Shown one piece after another: positions 1-64,000 of a stretch of DNA of 64,000 nt. The position numbers and the translations under genes were made by a program. This DNA is from Octopus sinensis. Taxonomy: Eukaryota. The stretch covers positions 128,898,001-128,962,000 of the forward strand of contig NC_042997.1 of NCBI RefSeq assembly GCF_006345805.1, given 5' to 3'. Every line of letters begins with the position of its first letter. Within the stretch, counting starts at the first letter, position 1. Below the pieces are notes generated by a model. That model was not told the origin of the DNA. It made no database searches and saw nothing but the letters and a program-made list of their open reading frames with translations.

Positions 1-329
1 GTATCATTCATTTATCTAATTTGATCAAATCTGAAAGTACCTCATTATAATGAAAGCATTAACCATTACTAAGTAGTTGTTGTTACATGTTGATTCTGAC
101 TACTGAACAGACCTATGCTGGAAGTTATTCTGGCCATGACTATTTCCTCTGTGGGTGTATGATAGTAGGATGCGATTTGAGGGAAATTTGGTGCTGTTTT
201 TATCAGGTCAAGGAACCATATAGCAGCTCCATTGCTAGTTAATTTTCTTCAGACACATCTTTATGCTTGCTGTTATTGTTGTTGTTAATTAGCATGAATC
301 ATCTGTGCTTGAGAAAAGCTATAATAGAC

Positions 330-1010
330 TTATAGCACAAAAGCTGTGAGTATAATGAAGCTGTAGCACAGTAAGGGAGAGCTATAATATAATACTTGCT
401 AGTATAGAGGAGCTGTAGTACAGCAGCTACCAGAATAATGGACCTATAATACAATAGGGGCCAAAGAATTTCCAGAGTCTATTGCAAAGCAGGAGAGGAT
501 ACTCTCTCATGTAAGGCTTAAGTATGGCCATATAGAAATTCTTCAATTATCTTGTAAGAAGCTGGTTAATCACACTTTTATCCCATAAACATTTATCTGT
601 AGATGTTCAGACTGGACATCAGCCATATCAACCATACCAGTGTAGGAGTAATGGCCTGCAAAGGTCATGAGCAGTACTCCTTCTTTGACTGATTCATTAA
701 AAGAAACATTGAAAGACTAGGGAAACTAGCCTTGATATTTTATCAGGTGTAACATGCAAGAGAGAGATGGGAACCAACATAGACATGTGATGCATATGAT
801 AGTTGGATAACAAAATACCAAGTGGTCCAAGATGAAGGAATTTGCAGAAGAGGAAGACATGAAGCCATAGACAGAAGTGGTAAAGTCTGATCTCAAGTTG
901 TTAAACCATCCAAAGGAGATGACAAATAACTGCAAGATGTTGTTGTAAAAAAGATGTATCCAATGTATGATTTCATAGAAAATGAACATAAAGTGATTAT
1001 GATTATTCTT
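330..1010 (+). mobile_element. Highly degenerate RTE-like LINE fragment
   Basis: Remnants MQER...HVMHM and TEVVKSDLK resemble the RTE C-terminus. Confidence 0.4.
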
Positions 1011-1597
1011 ACATCATCTGAAATTTTGATATGTAGAGAACATGGGGGAGATAAATTGAATTCTGTCATAGATGCAACTACATATCTCTGGTGTAGAAAA
1101 TTAAATGCTTCATCCTTTTAAAAACGAAACTGCTCTATTCATATATATGAGTGTTATGTAGATTAAAGTTTTATTTCTGAGATAATATTAATGTGATAGC
1201 TTCCCCACTAAACTGGTCTAATCTAAAGCTAACAAAGGATCTTCTGTATTGTCACTTGACTTTCTAGAAATAACAGGTAAATGTCCTACAAACAGTAAGT
1301 AGGTCTTCTCAATTAGAACTTGCACTGGGCTATGCAACAACTGGTCTCAACTAGGAGGGCTAATTATTTAATGATCATACAATTATATTTATCAATTCAT
1401 CAATATAATAATTTAATGTCTGCTTGTTCTTCTATCAATATTGCGATGCTTTCTGTTTCTTCCCTCAGACAGTCAAATATCTCAATTATAGATTCTTTTG
1501 TGCATGTGTGTCTTGCTCACATCAAACTATCGACTTAATGCCTCAATTCAATGGATTGCAGTTTTAATGTCCATTCTCATTAACATTTTAATTTCAG

Positions 1598-59950
<58,353 letters not shown>

Positions 59951-60036
59951 AGAATTTAACCATGCTCATTTGCATATACATCCATACCTAACAATTTGAA
60001 TAATTGTATACACACACATTCACATATATATGTGTG

Positions 60037-60097
<61 letters not shown>

Positions 60098-60654
60098 TCA
60101 TATATATAGACATATGTGCACATAAGCATTACACACAGACAGACATATGCATACTCTCACATACACACATATACATATGCCTATGGAAAAGATTATTATG
60201 AAATAATGAAATGGAGTGATGATTGAAGCAAAGAATCTTTCGGAAAACTTGTATATTGTTTGTGGCCTTCCGCTGGCAATCATAATAAAAATGCTGTTTA
60301 ATGTCTGGTATGGGACAGTGCTTGTCAGTATGTGTGCGTGTGTGTGTGTTCGCGTGCATGCATGTGTGTGCGTATACACGTGTGTGTGTGTGTATGATTA
60401 TAAAAGGATGTACTTGGCTTCAAGGAGTACTACTGCATTAAAGCTTCACCTCTTCTACAAGAATTACTCTTTCTTCTCATCTCTTTGCCATGAGTGGAGT
60501 CTGAAGGAATTAGGAAAGGAAAAGACTCAATGTGGACAACAAAAAAAAAAAGAAAGCAAAAAGAAAATTCAAGAACATTTTTATCCTAACCTATTTTAAT
60601 TATTGAGATATCTTCTCTCTCTCTCTCTCTCTTTGCCCCTAAGTCTCTCTCTCT

Positions 60655-60697
<43 letters not shown>

Positions 60698-61163
60698 GTT
60701 GCCTTAATGTGTCTCCCTTTTATCAACTCTCTTTTACTGTCCAATTATTCTCTATTTTCACATTACTTACCAAACTGTTCTTCCCTGTAGACATATTCCC
60801 TCCTACAGTTTGGTCGGTATGTTTAGCACTCCCCTCACCCCTCAGCCTATCAAACATCTATATAATTATACCCACCCTCCAACCTAATTATCTATTGATT
60901 TCTTACCTAAATAGATAACTTGTTAATTAAAATAAACAATAACAATTAAAATGACAATTTGGTAGATATTTATAATAGACACAGTTGAGGGAAGAGGTGG
61001 AGACACACCTAGGTTATTTAAAGACACTGTTGGGGAGGAGGTGGGAACATACCCAGGTTGTTCTTACAAAATGTGGATTACAAAATGTCTTTATATATAC
61101 ATGCATGCACACACACACTCACACCTAGGTACATACACACAGATAAGTGTGCATGTGTATATA

Positions 61164-61214
<51 letters not shown>

Positions 61215-61308
61215 ACACACACTCACCTAGGTACATACACACAGATAAGTGTGCATGTATATATATTCACACACACATATATACACATACACACACTCAC
61301 ATACATAT

Positions 61309-61386
<78 letters not shown>

Positions 61387-61435
61387 GTGTACATGTGTGT
61401 GTATATGTATGTATATCTTTATGTAAGTATTTATG

Positions 61436-61493
61436 GTCTTAACCATTTGAAGGATCTTCAGTAAAAGCTGAAGATCCCTCAAATGGTTAAGAC
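61436..61493. other. 58-nt hairpin (26-bp arms, 1 mismatch, 6-nt loop)
   Basis: gtcttaaccatttgaaggatcttcag-taaaag-ctgaagatccctcaaatggttaagac. Confidence 0.85.
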
Positions 61494-61677
61494 ACTCTCA
61501 CACTCCTAAGCCTCTTACCATTATTAGCGCCAGATATCGTGGGTTTTCTCTGGACCATACCAATAAAGTGGAGAGGATCTATGAGGTGATGTGCAAGTTT
61601 TATTGAACCTAAAATTCACAGGCATTGCTGAATTTAGCCAGTGATGGTCTTCCTCAGACATGACTGGATAGCCAGCT

Positions 61678-61748
<71 letters not shown>

Positions 61749-61894
61749 AATAGAATTAACAACATCAACAAATTGTCTGTAATAGTATTTGTGGTCAAAG
61801 CATGAAATATCTCAACTTAAATCAATATAATTTAGGGATTGGCCTCCCTCACTTTAAGAAGATATATACATGTCTATATGTATATGTGTGTGTG

Positions 61895-61926
<32 letters not shown>

Positions 61927-62060
61927 GTGCTGTACTTCATGAGTCAACATAATTTAAGGGCTGGTCTCCCTTATTCCAAGGAGATGCATTCATATACATG
62001 TGTGTTTATGTATAATGTACACACATCCTCACACAAATATATATACACGCATACATAAAT

Positions 62061-62426
62061 ATATATTAAAGCAAAAACTGGACAATTTGGTATATTTTTA
62101 ATTCCATGTTACACATATTTTATATCAGTAGGAAATATACTATGAATATAAAATTATTGTTAATCATAACAACGATAATATTATGAATATAATAAATTCA
62201 TGATAGTTATATATATATGTAAACATGTATTCCTCAGACAAAGATTCAAAAATAAAATCTATTTTTGAATTTGTGTCTGAGGAATAACTTTAGGAAATCC
62301 CATACATGTTCTTTACATATATATAACTATTATGAATTTATTATATTTACAATATTATTATTATTCTGAAAATACATGTAACATGGAATTTAAAATATAC
62401 CAAATTTTCCAGTTTGCTTAATATAT
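62061..62426. repeat. Nested foldback (long imperfect palindrome)
   Basis: Outer arms of about 60 bp, inner arms, and a central 27-bp stem 62228-62254/62260-62286 with 2 mismatches. Confidence 0.8.
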
Positions 62427-62588
62427 ACTTACTCTGCAAATATTATAACTCACCAGGATTTTCAACTAGCATGTATGACTCTTCCATTTAAAATAAAACA
62501 TCTGCATACATTCATTTGACTACTAGAATGTGCAGATGTGCTTCACAGGGACACAGCTTAGATTATACTCCGCTTCTATACACTACAT

Positions 62589-62664
<76 letters not shown>

Positions 62665-62909
62665 GTATATATATATTCGTAACTGTACTTTTTGAGTTAA
62701 CATAATCTAGGAGTTGGCCCCTCTCACTTTTAGGAGACATACAACCATGCAATTCTGTATAGTTGAACTTTATTATAACTTGAATCACTTCAGTCACCTT
62801 CCACATATAATATTTTTGATGAACAATAGCTTTCCTTACATTTCCGTGAGCCTCTGAGAGGTTTTATTCCTTTTCTTTTTTTTTTTTTTGACTGCTGTCT
62901 TCATAGATT

Positions 62910-63650
62910 AGCCTCTTTAGAATATTGTGTCTTTGGACCATTGTCTCCTAAATCACAGTCTCTTCAGAACACTTTTTTTAAACTACTTTCTTTTTAGACC
63001 ACTGACTCCCTTAGACCACAATTTTTTTAGTATACAGTCTTTTTAGGCTATTGCCCACTGTGTCATTAGAACAATGTATTCTTTGGCAACTGTCTCTTTA
63101 GAGCACTGTCTTTTCAGGATACTTCTCTTTAGACTGTTGTCTCTTTAACCCACTACGCCTTAGCCCAATATCTCTTTAGACCTCTATTTCTTTAGAACTA
63201 TATCTTCTTAGACTAATGTTTACTTAGACCACTGTCTCTTTGACTACAATCTCATCAATAGAATACTGTCTTTTAGGTTTCTGTCTCTTTAAACTCTTTC
63301 TTCTTAGATTACTGTTTCATTAGACCACTGTATCTATAGACAATGGGCTTTTTAGACCATAGTCATCTAAGATCACTGTCTCTTTATAACATTCTTTATT
63401 TAGATTACCGTCTCTTTAAACTACTGTCCTTAAGGCCACAGTCCCTTAATGTTCCTTACACTGCTGTCCCTCAGACAACTGTTTCTTTTCACCATTATCT
63501 CATTAGACTACTCTCTTTCTAGACTATTTCCCTCTTTCTTTTAACTACTGCCTCATTAGACCACTGTCTCCTTTAGACCAAAGTTTTCATTAGACCACTC
63601 TTTCTTTTAACCATTGCCTCTTTATATTGATGTCTCTTTTGACTATTCAC
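62910..63650. repeat. Degenerate 16-bp minisatellite (about TTAGACCACTGTCTCT)
   Basis: Dozens of diverged units. Confidence 0.85.
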
Positions 63651-64000
63651 TCCCACCTGTCAGCATTTCTATGACTTGCAAAATCATAATGAAAATATTC
63701 CAAAATGAATTCCTGACCATTGAGCTATTTGCAATCCTAGTCTATATATTGGTCCACTGTGTCTGTAAATGTGTTGGCACCACCATCAAAGTGTATGTTG
63801 GTGCCACTACAGTATCTCTGTTACTTAATGTTATTTAAAAGAGCCATTGTTTTCTAAGTGAGTTCCAATCCAGTTGCAGTATTGTCATTTGGTCTCCAGT
63901 ATTGCAATATAATGGCTGTGTCTTTATAAACATCTCAATACAATCTGAATAGTACAGATGTGATAAGGTTTCCACTGCCTGTAAATATGTATGCATGGTT

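Noticed and set aside
59951-61570. Polyadenylation site
   Set aside because: Several AATAAA hexamers (about 60284, 60931 and 61562) in AT-rich DNA; cannot choose without transcript data

Overview
AT-rich, microsatellite- and SINE-dense animal genomic DNA, most likely Octopus (inferred from repeat families and composition). The window holds the 3' part of one large + strand gene. I reconstructed 15 coding exons (1598-59950) from GT-AG sites. Their phases are mutually compatible: 3071 nt plus 1 nt from an upstream exon gives 1023 codons and a stop. The 5' end and signal peptide lie left of the window. The product is a mosaic type I membrane protein: six-bladed YWTD (LDLR class B) propeller, EGF, EGF, ephrin-receptor-like Cys repeat, Thr-rich mucin stalk, HYR, HYR, sushi-like, SEA-like region with an RYKR furin-type site, a second ephrin-receptor-like repeat, one TM helix, and a Tyr-motif-rich tail with no NPxY. 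The introns contain a 5'-truncated processed GAPDH pseudogene and six R4/Dong-like (RLE) LINE fragments set in trinucleotide microsatellites, mostly (TAA)n. They also contain RTE LINE fragments, several SINE families (three copies with clear target-site duplications), Tc1/mariner and Tigger-like MITEs, and a Penelope-like endonuclease remnant. Four unrelated minimal hammerhead-ribozyme-like motif families are present, one inside a long palindromic element found twice. All family assignments come from motif recognition by eye; no searches were run.
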